A stretch of DNA of 64,000 nucleotides from an uncultured delta proteobacterium (GTDB lineage Bacteria; Desulfobacterota; Desulfarculia; JACQYL01; CAWGVV01), in assembly GCA_963826125.1 (NCBI GenBank), contig CAWGVV010000002.1:356613-420612 (forward strand), written 5' to 3'. Position numbers and translations under genes: made by a program. Position 1 is the stretch's first letter. Each line of letters starts with the position of its first letter. The notes beneath the pieces are model-generated. The model worked only from the letters and a program-made list of their open reading frames with translations. It was not told where the DNA came from and did no database searches. Shown here one piece after another: positions 48,056 through 56,913 of the stretch.

Positions 48056-49102
48056 TCATGTTTTTTGCCATAAAGCATCACGCCCTGCCTTAACGCATAC
48101 GATTTGGCCGGCCTGGCGGAGGTCCCGAAGGGCACGATTAATCGTAGGACGGCTTATGCCCGGGCAGGCCCGTTCGATGTCTGCTACATGAAAGTTCACC
48201 GGCAAGCGTTCAATGACATCGGTGATCATCTCCCTTTTGGCCCCACGACGCTGCGTCAGGTCCCCCGTTCGTTGTTCGAATTCCCGATATGCCCCAAGGA
48301 GCATTACCCCAAGAAAATATTCCCACCAAGGAACCAGCGAGTGGCGTCCCTCATGCCATCCCTGTGAGGATTTGTAGAGGGCATCGTAATACCCTTCCCG
48401 TTGGGTTTCGATGAGGTGTTCCAGGCTGATATATCGCCCAACCTCGTAACCGGCTTGGTAAATCAGGAGTAATGACAATAAGCGGGCCACGCGACCGTTG
48501 CCATCGGTAAAAGGGTGGATGCAGAGAAAGTCCAGCACGTAGGCTGGAATGAGCAGCAATGCATCTATCTCTTCCTTCTCCCAGCATTCTTTAAAAGAGG
48601 AATGCAATCTTTCCATTGCATCGGGCGTTTGATGGGCCGGTACCGGCCTGAAGCGAATAAATCGAGTTCCATCGGTACGCGTTTCCGTGATCGCGTTATC
48701 CGTCATTTTCCACCGGCCGCCTTGTTGAGAAGCGAATTGATAGATGTCACGATGTAGTTGCAGGACCACTCCCGTAGTCATCGGTATATTGTTGGAATTG
48801 GCGTGAATGGTCGCGATCGCTTCACGGTAGCCGGCTATCTCCTGCTCCGAACGATTCCGAGGGGTGGTCTTGTGCTCGACAAGCTTCCTGATACGCTCGG
48901 GAGGAGCCTCAATTCCCTCGATCCGATTGGACGATTCGGTGCTTTGAATGACTGCCACCTGACGCAGGGTTTCCAGAACCTGCGGGGCTTGCTGCTTAAA
49001 AAGCCCCTCCTTCCCCTTGTATTCGCCCAGCAATCGAATTGTTCGCAGGAGAGAATGTGGGATGATTTGCCTTTCCAAAAACTCATGTTCAAATGACTGC
49101 AT
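48056..49102 (-). CDS. Fic-family protein, class II (N-terminal inhibitory helix) with C-terminal wHTH-like domain
   Basis: The Fic motif HPFTDGNGRVARLL is present, along with an N-terminal (S/T)xxxE(G/N) inhibitory motif in STESSNRIEGIE. The C-terminal ~80 aa looks like a DNA-binding winged helix. Confidence 0.85.
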   Translation of the reverse strand: MQSFEHEFLERQIIPHSLLRTIRLLGEYKGKEGLFKQQAPQVLETLRQVAVIQSTESSNRIEGIEAPPERIRKLVEHKTTPRNRSEQEIAGYREAIATIHANSNNIPMTTGVVLQLHRDIYQFASQQGGRWKMTDNAITETRTDGTRFIRFRPVPAHQTPDAMERLHSSFKECWEKEEIDALLLIPAYVLDFLCIHPFTDGNGRVARLLSLLLIYQAGYEVGRYISLEHLIETQREGYYDALYKSSQGWHEGRHSLVPWWEYFLGVMLLGAYREFEQRTGDLTQRRGAKREMITDVIERLPVNFHVADIERACPGISRPTINRALRDLRQAGQIVCVKAGRDALWQKT

Positions 49103-49531
49103 TCTCTACTCCGATACTATTCGAACTTCAGGGAGTTCTCTACCCTTCATAATACTCACCAGCAATCTATTACCGTATGCTGCCCGTGAATAAAACCCCT
49201 TGTTCCTTCCGTTGAGCGGGCAACGCCGGGTTCATCCCCGGGTGCCATGATATTAATTCGAAGGAAAATTGGAAAACAGTCGACGGTGCCCGATGCAGTA
49301 GGCCACCAAAGCGAACTCACAGGTACCGCCCAATAGCAGGTTCAACCCGTACGATTCTTTCACCGCTCCGACGGGACCAAGGCGTCCGACCGGAAATTCG
49401 AGAAGAAAGGCACCATGTAGACTTTTTCTTCTTTCCATTCATCTTTTTCTGTAGATAATCGTGCCCGAGCGTGATTATCGCTCAGGAATAGAAAGCGACA
49501 GTAACCCTTGTCGCCTCAACCGGAGGATGCA

Positions 49532-50245
49532 ATGAAAAAATTTAGTGCTGCACTCGTTTTTTCCCTCACGCTCTTCGGGTTCGGTTTTGCCGGGCATGGA
49601 TTTGCGGGAGATCAGCTCCAATATGGAGAGATGCCCCCGCCGCCTCCACTGGTTATTCAAGGGTCGCTGGATCTGGTGGTGGTGCCCAGCGAACGATACC
49701 CCAACCAGTATGCCTACATGCTCCCCAACACGGTGGGCGTCTACGTGTATGAAGGCATATGGTACCGTAACTATCGCGGTAACTGGTTCAAATCATTCTC
49801 CTATAACAGCAATTGGATGTCCATCGGCGTATCGATCGTACCGCCGGTAATCCTGGGCATTCCGGTCGAATATCCCCTTTATCTTCCCAAAAAATATCAT
49901 AGGGTTCACTATGTTGAGTATCAGAGCCATTGGAAGGATTGGGAGAGGGATCGACACTGGAATCAAAGCCAGTGGTACAAACATGAGATGAGAGAAGATG
50001 TGAGACGGGACCGAATGAACCACATCGAGCAGTATCGCGCGAAAGAGAATTACAACCATTCCTCGAAACATAATGCGAAGGATGGTTACAATCATCCGCC
50101 GAAATACAAACAGGATAAGGAACACTCCGGGCAAGACAACCATGACCGGCAGAATCAAAAACAGAATAAGGAACATTCCAGGCAAGACAATCATAACCGG
50201 CAGAATCAAAAACAATACCATGAGAAGGACGACGAGAGACGCTAA
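49532..50245 (+). CDS. Secreted protein with His/Asn/Gln/Lys-rich C-terminal tandem repeat
   Basis: A signal peptide (MKKFSAALVFSLTLFGFGFAGHGFA) is followed by an aromatic-rich middle section (W/Y). The C-terminus carries two copies of the 17-aa unit KEHSxQDNHxRQNQKQN. Confidence 0.55.
   Translation: MKKFSAALVFSLTLFGFGFAGHGFAGDQLQYGEMPPPPPLVIQGSLDLVVVPSERYPNQYAYMLPNTVGVYVYEGIWYRNYRGNWFKSFSYNSNWMSIGVSIVPPVILGIPVEYPLYLPKKYHRVHYVEYQSHWKDWERDRHWNQSQWYKHEMREDVRRDRMNHIEQYRAKENYNHSSKHNAKDGYNHPPKYKQDKEHSGQDNHDRQNQKQNKEHSRQDNHNRQNQKQYHEKDDERR
50115..50216 (+). repeat. 51-nt tandem repeat x2 inside the secreted-protein gene
   Basis: Two near-identical 51-nt units with 4 mismatches, starting at about 50115 and 50166. 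Confidence 0.6.
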
Positions 50246-50421
50246 CGGGAGGAACGAGCTGCTCCGGGCCTGCCTTTCGAATGGATGAAACAATGAAGGG
50301 GGGGAACCTTTCTCGAAGGTTTCCCCCCTCGCTGACTACGACTCAACGGCTTCGGCCAATAGTATGGTTCTCTATGGGGACAGCGCGGGACGGGCCGACG
50401 CCGATTTCGCCTCTTCCCCCC

Positions 50422-51672
50422 TCACACCACGCACATGAGGAAGGGGTTTTCCAATACCTTCTTGAGGTCCTGGAGGAAGCCCGCCGCCATGGCGCCGTCC
50501 ACCACCCGGTGATCCGCGGAGAGCCCGAGATACATGGTGGGCCGAACGGCGAGTTCGCCGTTTACCACCACGGCCCGTTCCTTCATCGCGGCCACGGAGA
50601 GGATTCCCGCCTCCGGGGGATTGATGATGGAGGTGAAGAACTCGATGTCGAACTGCCCCAGGTTCGAAACCGTGAACGTGCCGCCGGACAGGTCGTCCAG
50701 CGTCAGCTTGCCGGCCCGGGCCTTGTCGATAATGTTCTTCCGGGCCAGGGCCACTTCCCCCAGCGTCATCTTCTGCACCGCGCGGAGCACCGGCACGATG
50801 AGGCCCTCTTCCAGCGCCACGGCCAGCCCGATATTGACGTCTTCGTGTATCCTGATGCTCCTGCCGTCGAGGGAGCCGTTGAAGAGCGGGTATTTGGCGA
50901 TGGTGTACGCCGAAGCCTGAATGATGATGTCGGTGAACGAGAGCCGGACCCCGCGGGCCGCTTCGATGATGTCCAGGAAGGTTTTCCGGAACTGAATCAT
51001 GGCCGTGCAGTCCACCTCGGCCGCAAAGTACACGTGCGGCACGTCCCGGGAGCCCGCGGTCAGCCGTTGGCCGATGATTTCCCTCATCCTGGTGAGCGGG
51101 ATCACGGAACCGAAGCCGGGCTTGCCGGAATCGCGAGCGGGCGCGGCTTCCGGTTTGGCCGCGGGCTTCGTCGCTTCGGGTGTTTTGGGCGCGGCAGCGG
51201 CCGCGAGAACGTCTTCCTTGGTAATCCGTCCGCCGGGACCGGTGCCGGTAATCGCCGCCAGGTCCACGCCAAGCTCCCCGGCCATTTTTTTGGCCACCGG
51301 AGTGGCCCGCACTCTTTCCCCAGCCTGTTCGGGAACGGCCGGGCGCGAGGCTTGGCCGGCGGCAGGAGGTTGTGTGGCGGGTGCCGCTGCCGTCACAGCG
51401 GCCGACGGGGCAAGGGATTCGTCCAGCGTCTCCCCTTCCCGGGCCAGATAGCCGATGGTTCCCCCCACGGGGGCGGTCCCCCCCTCTCCCACCACGATTC
51501 GGGCGAGAATCCCGGAAGCCATGGCTTCAAGCTGATAGTTGATTTTCTCCGTCTCGATTTCGGCGACCACGTCGCCCTTTTTTACCGTATCCCCTTCATT
51601 GAACCGCCACTTGGCGATCTTGCCTTCCTTCATGGCCATGCCGAGTTTCGGCATAATGATGATTTCCGCCAT
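50422..51672 (-). CDS. Dihydrolipoamide acyltransferase (E2) of a 2-oxoacid/acetoin dehydrogenase complex
   Basis: The lipoyl domain carries the lipoyl-Lys in ETEKINYQ, preceded by MAEIIIMPKLGMAMKEG. A Pro/Ala linker and an E3-binding domain follow. The C-terminal catalytic domain ends in the DHRVVDG motif. Confidence 0.85.
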   Translation of the reverse strand: MAEIIIMPKLGMAMKEGKIAKWRFNEGDTVKKGDVVAEIETEKINYQLEAMASGILARIVVGEGGTAPVGGTIGYLAREGETLDESLAPSAAVTAAAPATQPPAAGQASRPAVPEQAGERVRATPVAKKMAGELGVDLAAITGTGPGGRITKEDVLAAAAAPKTPEATKPAAKPEAAPARDSGKPGFGSVIPLTRMREIIGQRLTAGSRDVPHVYFAAEVDCTAMIQFRKTFLDIIEAARGVRLSFTDIIIQASAYTIAKYPLFNGSLDGRSIRIHEDVNIGLAVALEEGLIVPVLRAVQKMTLGEVALARKNIIDKARAGKLTLDDLSGGTFTVSNLGQFDIEFFTSIINPPEAGILSVAAMKERAVVVNGELAVRPTMYLGLSADHRVVDGAMAAGFLQDLKKVLENPFLMCVV

Positions 51673-51764
51673 AAACTCAACTCCCGTATCCCGTACGCCT
51701 GCGTTGTTCCTTTGAATGGAACGGAGACGTCCGCTATGGTCCACTCATTTCGATCCGAAGAAGA

Positions 51765-52547
51765 TCAATACGGCGTCACTCCGCCGCACAGGTTGATGGA
51801 TTGCCCCTGGATGTAGTCGGCGTCGTCCGAGGCGAGGAATGCCACCAGCGCGCCCACGTCATCGGGAGTGCCCATTCTGCCCAGCGGGACCGACGATTTG
51901 AATTCCTCCCGGTTCTGTTCGGGGGTTTTCCCCAAATATTTGCCGAACCCCTGATCGAGCACAGAAAACATGTCCGTCTCGATGAATCCCGGACACACCG
52001 CATTTACATGGATGTTGAACGGGCCGAGTTCCTTGGCGAACACCTGGGTGAGGCCGATCACTCCGAACTTGGAAGCACAGTAGTGGGCCAGGAGCCGGTC
52101 TCCGCGCTTTCCCGCGTTGGAAGCGATATTAACGATTTTGCCGGTTTTTCTTTCCATCATCCTTCGGGCTACGTGTTTGCTGCACAGAAAGGTGCCTTTC
52201 AGATTGATGCCCAGCACCCGGTCCCATTCCTGTTCGGTGATGTCCACGGCCGGCGTTATGACCAGGATACCGGCATTGTTCACCAGGATGTCGATGGGGC
52301 CGATCTCTTCGGTCACCGTTTCCACCATGCCTTCGACGTCGCTTTCCTTCGATACGTCCACGCGCAGAGCCCGAGTTCTGTTTTCACCGTCGATTCCCTT
52401 TATTTCTTCCACCACTTTTTGGGCGTTCTCCACATTGACGTCGCACACCGCCACGTGCGCACCTTCCCGGGCAAGCCTGAGCGCAATGCCGCGACCTATG
52501 CCGCGCCCCGACCCCGTGACGATGGCTACGCGATCCTTCAATTTCAT
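51765..52547 (-). CDS. SDR-family oxidoreductase (acetoin reductase / 2,3-butanediol dehydrogenase-like)
   Basis: TGSGRGIGRGIA, NNAG and YCASK motifs are present, and the gene sits within the acetoin cluster. Confidence 0.75.
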   Translation of the reverse strand: MKLKDRVAIVTGSGRGIGRGIALRLAREGAHVAVCDVNVENAQKVVEEIKGIDGENRTRALRVDVSKESDVEGMVETVTEEIGPIDILVNNAGILVITPAVDITEQEWDRVLGINLKGTFLCSKHVARRMMERKTGKIVNIASNAGKRGDRLLAHYCASKFGVIGLTQVFAKELGPFNIHVNAVCPGFIETDMFSVLDQGFGKYLGKTPEQNREEFKSSVPLGRMGTPDDVGALVAFLASDDADYIQGQSINLCGGVTPY

Positions 52548-52579
52548 TTTTCACCCCTCCCGCGTTCGGGAATCGATCC

Positions 52580-53374
52580 TCAATAGACGGCCTTACACCA
52601 TCCGCCGGTGACGTCCACGCTGGCCCCGGACATGTAGGAATTCCCTTCGGAACAGAGGAACACGACGACCCGCGCCAGTTCCTCAACGCTGCAGAATCGG
52701 CCGATGGTGGTATTGGCCTTGGCGAAGTTGTCCATGTACTGCTCTCCGGTGATTCCCTGTTCCCTGCCCCAGATATCGGCCCAGTATTCCCAGAGGGGCG
52801 TGCGGATAAGGCCGGGGTTCAGGTTGTTGACGATGATGCCGTATCCGATGACTTCATCGGCCAAACACTTGGAAAACATCATGACGGCGGCTTTGGTCAC
52901 GTCGTACACCGGACAGTAGGCGCCGGGCTGCTTGGCATAAATGGAAGAAACGTTGACGATGCGCCCCCAGCCGTTCTTTTTCATGTGGGGAATCACTTCT
53001 CGGGAGCAGCGGATGGCGCTCAGGGTATTCAGCTCCCAATAGTGCTGCCACTTCTCGTCCGGAGTGGTTTCGATCTTTTCGTCGCTTCCCGTGCCGGCGT
53101 TGTTCATGAGGATGTCGATGCGGCCGAACGTGTCCGCGGCCCGCGCCACGAAATTCCGGACGTCTTCGGCTTTGGTGACGTCGGCTGTCACGGCGAGGAC
53201 TTTGGTTCCGCAGGCCGACCGTATGTCCTGGGCCGTCTTTTCGAGCTTTTCGCTTCCCCGGGCGCAGATGGCCACGTCCACGCCTTCGCACGCAAGGGCC
53301 CACGCGGAACCCCTCCCGATGCCGTCACTACCGCCGGTGACGAGCGCCACGCGACCCTTCAATCCCATATCCAT
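52580..53374 (-). CDS. SDR-family oxidoreductase
   Basis: From the internal Met, MDMGLKGRVALVTGGSDGIGRG is followed by NNAG and a Y-x3-K pair. The upstream 123 codons of the track ORF are Arg/His-rich GC read-through with no coding character. Confidence 0.75.
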   Translation of the reverse strand: MDMGLKGRVALVTGGSDGIGRGSAWALACEGVDVAICARGSEKLEKTAQDIRSACGTKVLAVTADVTKAEDVRNFVARAADTFGRIDILMNNAGTGSDEKIETTPDEKWQHYWELNTLSAIRCSREVIPHMKKNGWGRIVNVSSIYAKQPGAYCPVYDVTKAAVMMFSKCLADEVIGYGIIVNNLNPGLIRTPLWEYWADIWGREQGITGEQYMDNFAKANTTIGRFCSVEELARVVVFLCSEGNSYMSGASVDVTGGWCKAVY

Positions 53375-53424
53375 TCCTGTCCTCCTCTCCTCGAACGGGT
53401 ACTCGCTCCGCCCGCTCCGAAAAG

Positions 53425-54474
53425 TCAGTTGGGCCTTACCAGGATCTTTACGTGCTTTTCCTTGTTGCGAATGAGTTCGTGGAATCCTTGTTCGATGAGT
53501 TCGTCGAGTGTGATCTTTCCGGTGATGAGGCCCCGGTCGGTGAGTCGTCCGTCCGATAATAGTTGCAGGACGGTGGCGAATTCGTCGTAGTAACACAGGG
53601 ACCCGATCACTTCCTTCTCGGTGAAGACGATGTCGTTGAAGTGCAGGGTGGAGGGTTGGGAAAATACCCCCATGATTACCGCCCGCCCGCCTCTTCTGAC
53701 AAGCTTCACGGCGAGCGGCGCGGTTTCGGCCGCCCCGACGCACTCGATCACCACGTCCGGCCCGATCCCTCCCGTGAGATCGTTCACCCGGGTTTCAAAG
53801 GACGCTTCGGAAGGGTCCAGCGACACGGCGCCGTACGACTCCGCCTTTTGGCGGCGAACGGGCGATAATTCCACCGCCAGCACCTTGGCCGCTCCGGAAG
53901 CCCGGGCGGCCTGGACGGCCATGAGCCCGATGGGCCCCGCTCCGATGACGGCCACGGTGTCGCCCACCAGTATCCGCCCCTTGCGCACGGCATGGACCGC
54001 GGCGGCCATGGGTTCCACCAGCGCGGCCGCCTCATCCGTTACGTCGGAGGGGATGACGTAGCATTGGGAAGCTTTCACGTTGACGTATTCGGCAAAGGCG
54101 CCGTGCGAAACGATGCCGATGCCGCCCACGTAGCGGCAGGTCGAGTAGAGCCCCTTCCGGCACCAGTAGCAAGAGCCGCAGGTGTAGAGGGTGTTGGTGA
54201 CGATGCGGTCACCCGGTTTCGGGTCGGTGACGCCGGGTCCGCATTCCACAACCGTTCCGGAAAATTCGTGTCCCAGGATGATGGGCGGCTTCATGCCGGT
54301 GATGGGGTGCGGGTCCATACTGATCATGATGGGCCCCGCTTCATATTCGTGGAGATCGGTTCCACAGATGCCGCACCAGGAGACCTTTGCCTTGACGAAA
54401 CCCTCCCCGGGCGGGGATTCGGGCATGTCCCTAATGCGGACGTCCCTCCTTCCGTACCAAACGGCGGCTTTCAC
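53425..54474 (-). CDS. Zn-dependent medium-chain dehydrogenase (2,3-butanediol / sorbitol dehydrogenase-like)
   Basis: The catalytic Zn ligands are GICGTDLHEY and GHEFSG, and the structural Zn site has four Cys (CGSCYWC...C). The cofactor-binding GAGPIG is present. A GTG start (VKAAVWYG) has a GAGGAG ribosome-binding site 7 nt upstream. Confidence 0.8.
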   Translation of the reverse strand: MKAAVWYGRRDVRIRDMPESPPGEGFVKAKVSWCGICGTDLHEYEAGPIMISMDPHPITGMKPPIILGHEFSGTVVECGPGVTDPKPGDRIVTNTLYTCGSCYWCRKGLYSTCRYVGGIGIVSHGAFAEYVNVKASQCYVIPSDVTDEAAALVEPMAAAVHAVRKGRILVGDTVAVIGAGPIGLMAVQAARASGAAKVLAVELSPVRRQKAESYGAVSLDPSEASFETRVNDLTGGIGPDVVIECVGAAETAPLAVKLVRRGGRAVIMGVFSQPSTLHFNDIVFTEKEVIGSLCYYDEFATVLQLLSDGRLTDRGLITGKITLDELIEQGFHELIRNKEKHVKILVRPN

Positions 54475-54493
54475 AGCGCACTCCTCGGTGGAT

Positions 54494-54505
54494 GTTACCA
54501 GTAAC
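54494..54505. promoter_or_regulatory. Palindromic operator candidate GTTACCAGTAAC (LacI-type) in the 5' leader of the BDH operon
   Basis: A perfect 5-2-5 palindrome lies 20 nt upstream of the BDH GTG start. A near-identical reverse copy sits at 54727-54737, next to the LacI-gene promoter. Confidence 0.45.
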
Positions 54506-54697
54506 AATAGAGAACCCTTAACTTTTGTCAAGAAAAAAAGATTGCACTTCATCATCAAAGCGGAATGTGGATAAATTGCATCTTTTTATAGAATATCCTT
54601 TGTCGTATTGTCGATTTATTTGGATTTGAATTGAAATGTCACCAAAATACCGATTTTTATCTTCCGCGCACTCGACGTTCCTCACGAAGAAAATGGC

Positions 54698-54737
54698 TTG
54701 ACAACCTTCTTCACCATCAAGATAATTTACTGGTAAC
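54698..54737 (+). promoter_or_regulatory. Sigma70-like promoter (TTGACA-17-GATAAT) with overlapping operator TTACTGGTAAC for the LacI-family regulator gene
   Basis: TTGACA lies at 54698-54703, followed by a 17-nt spacer and GATAAT at 54721-54726. The operator copy begins 1 nt after the -10 element. Confidence 0.45.
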
Positions 54738-54768
54738 ATTCCCCTCCCGAGAACGCGTCGGAAAACAA

Positions 54769-55800
54769 ATGAGACAGAAACTCACCATTCGCGACATCGC
54801 GCGGTTGGCCGGGTTTTCTCACACGACCGTGTCCCGCGTCTTGAACCATGACCCATGCGTGCGTCCCCAAACCGCGGAAAAAGTTCTTTCCGTTGTGCGG
54901 GAGTTCAATTATCGGCCCGATCCGTTGGCGCGAAGCTTCGCCCGGCGGCGATCCAATCTCATCGGCCTGATCGTTTCGGACATCAGCAATCCTTTCTATG
55001 CGGAACTCGCCCGCGGCATCGAAGATCGGGCCCTCAAACATGAGTATCATGTGATTTTTTGCAGCACCGACGAGACCCTGGAACGGGAACAACGCTATGC
55101 GGAGATTATGCGGGAGACGGGGGTGGAGGGATTGATCTTCGCATCCGTTCGTCGGGAAGACCCCGTCGTGGAAAAGCTCATCGAGGAACATTTTCCCGTT
55201 GTCATGGTGAACCGAAGGCTGCGGGCCGAGTTGGGAAGCTACGTCGTGCTGGATAACCGAAAAGGCGCCTACCTGCTCACCAGGCACCTCGTAGGCCATG
55301 GCTGGAGCAAGATCGCCATCATTACCGGCCCGTCCCACTTTTCCACCGGGTTCGAACGGCTGGAGGGCTACAAAGAGGCGCTGCTGGAAGCGGCTATCCC
55401 GCTCCACGAAGAGTTCGTCTGCCGTGTGCAGTTCAGCAGAGAGGCAGGCTATCGGTCGGCCAGGGAACTCCTGGCCGGCAGGGAACGTCCCGAGGCGATT
55501 TTCGGGGGCAACGATTACATCGCGCTGGGGGTGATGGATGCGGCCAGGGAACTCGACATACGTATTCCCGAAGACCTGGCGCTGGTGGGATTCGACGACA
55601 CCGATTATGCGCGCCGCATGCAGCTCACCACCGTGAGCCAACGGAAATACGAAATGGGAGAACTCGCCGTACAGCGGCTTGTGGAAATGATAGAGCATGG
55701 CTCGCGCGACGGATACGCTCACAGGATCGTCCTGGAGCCGCGCCTGATCATGGGGCAGTCCTGCGGAAGTCATGATCCTATAACGGAGCCCGAAACATGA
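54769..55800 (+). CDS. LacI-family transcriptional regulator
   Basis: The N-terminal HTH MRQKLTIRDIARLAGFSHTTVSRVLN is followed by a periplasmic-binding-protein-like effector domain. I placed the start at the internal Met. Confidence 0.85.
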   Translation: MRQKLTIRDIARLAGFSHTTVSRVLNHDPCVRPQTAEKVLSVVREFNYRPDPLARSFARRRSNLIGLIVSDISNPFYAELARGIEDRALKHEYHVIFCSTDETLEREQRYAEIMRETGVEGLIFASVRREDPVVEKLIEEHFPVVMVNRRLRAELGSYVVLDNRKGAYLLTRHLVGHGWSKIAIITGPSHFSTGFERLEGYKEALLEAAIPLHEEFVCRVQFSREAGYRSARELLAGRERPEAIFGGNDYIALGVMDAARELDIRIPEDLALVGFDDTDYARRMQLTTVSQRKYEMGELAVQRLVEMIEHGSRDGYAHRIVLEPRLIMGQSCGSHDPITEPET

Positions 55801-55903
55801 GGTGATCGCCGCCGAAGAATTCGGAGTGGATGGTTCATGCGGCGAGCGCAGCCGGCGGACAGCGCGTCGGCCGCGGAGGCGGATGTTCTGACGGGAAAGG
55901 AGA

Positions 55904-56878
55904 ATGAAAGTGGCAATTCAGATCGACAAGGGAAAATACCTCGAAATGTACAGAACCATGGTCCGCATCAGAGGCTTCGAAGAAAATGTGGAGCGGCTGT
56001 TCGCGGGAGGAAGGATCCCCGGGTTCGTCCACCTTTACATCGGACAGGAAGCGGTTGCCACCGGCGTGTGCGCAGCCCTGCGGGAAGACGACTACATCAC
56101 CAGCACTCATCGGGGCCACGGCCACTGTGTGGCGAAAGGCGGACGAGTCAGAGAGATGTTCGCCGAAATTTACGGAAAAAGCACCGGATACTGTAAGGGC
56201 AAAGGCGGTTCCATGCACATTGCCGCCGTTGAAAAAGGCATCCTGGGCGCGAACGGCATCGTGGGCGGAGGCCTCACCCTGGTGAACGGGGTTGCATTCT
56301 CGGCGCAATATCGGGGCACCGATCAGGTGGCCGTCTGCTTCTTCGGCGACGGCGCCAGCAACAATGCCACGTTTCACGAGGGGGTCAATCTGGCGTCAGT
56401 CTGGAACCTGCCCGTGGTGTTCGTCTGTGAGAACAATGGGTTCGGCATGTCGGTGCCGCAAAAGCACCATCAGAAGATCAACGACGTGGCGGAACGGGCG
56501 GGGGCCTACGGAATCCCCGGAGTAGTCATCGACGGCAACGACATCATGTGCGTGTATGAAACGGCACGGGAAGCCGTCTCGAGAGCACGCAGGGGCCTCG
56601 GGCCCACGTTGATCGAGTGCAAGACCTTTCGGCATAAAGGCCATTTCCAGGGCGATGCCGATGTTTACCGGGACCAGGAGGTTGTCCGCCGGTGGATCGA
56701 AGAACGCGATCCCATCAATAGATACCGGCAGTACCTGCTGGGGTCCGATCACTGCACGGCGGGAGAACTGGCAACTATCGACGACGAGGTGCAAAACGAA
56801 ATCGTGGACGCCATCCGCTTCGCGGAGGAGAGCCCTTTTCCGCGGCCCGAGGAAACCCTTGAAGATGTGTACGCGTAA
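55904..56878 (+). CDS. acoA: Acetoin:DCPIP oxidoreductase / 2-oxoacid dehydrogenase E1 alpha subunit (TPP-dependent)
   Basis: It has the TPP-binding motif region (GDGASNNATFHEGVNLA...NNGFGMS) and the typical AcoA N-terminus (YRTMVRIRGFEE). Confidence 0.8.
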   Translation: MKVAIQIDKGKYLEMYRTMVRIRGFEENVERLFAGGRIPGFVHLYIGQEAVATGVCAALREDDYITSTHRGHGHCVAKGGRVREMFAEIYGKSTGYCKGKGGSMHIAAVEKGILGANGIVGGGLTLVNGVAFSAQYRGTDQVAVCFFGDGASNNATFHEGVNLASVWNLPVVFVCENNGFGMSVPQKHHQKINDVAERAGAYGIPGVVIDGNDIMCVYETAREAVSRARRGLGPTLIECKTFRHKGHFQGDADVYRDQEVVRRWIEERDPINRYRQYLLGSDHCTAGELATIDDEVQNEIVDAIRFAEESPFPRPEETLEDVYA

Positions 56879-56913
56879 GACATCCGCCGCCACGAAAGAA
56901 GAGAGGTCCGGTC

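Noticed and set aside
52580-53743. Long N-terminal extension (123 codons, Arg/His-rich) on the second SDR ORF
   Set aside because: It has no coding character and no ribosome-binding site. The Rossmann motif begins right after the internal Met, so I trimmed the gene to 53374.
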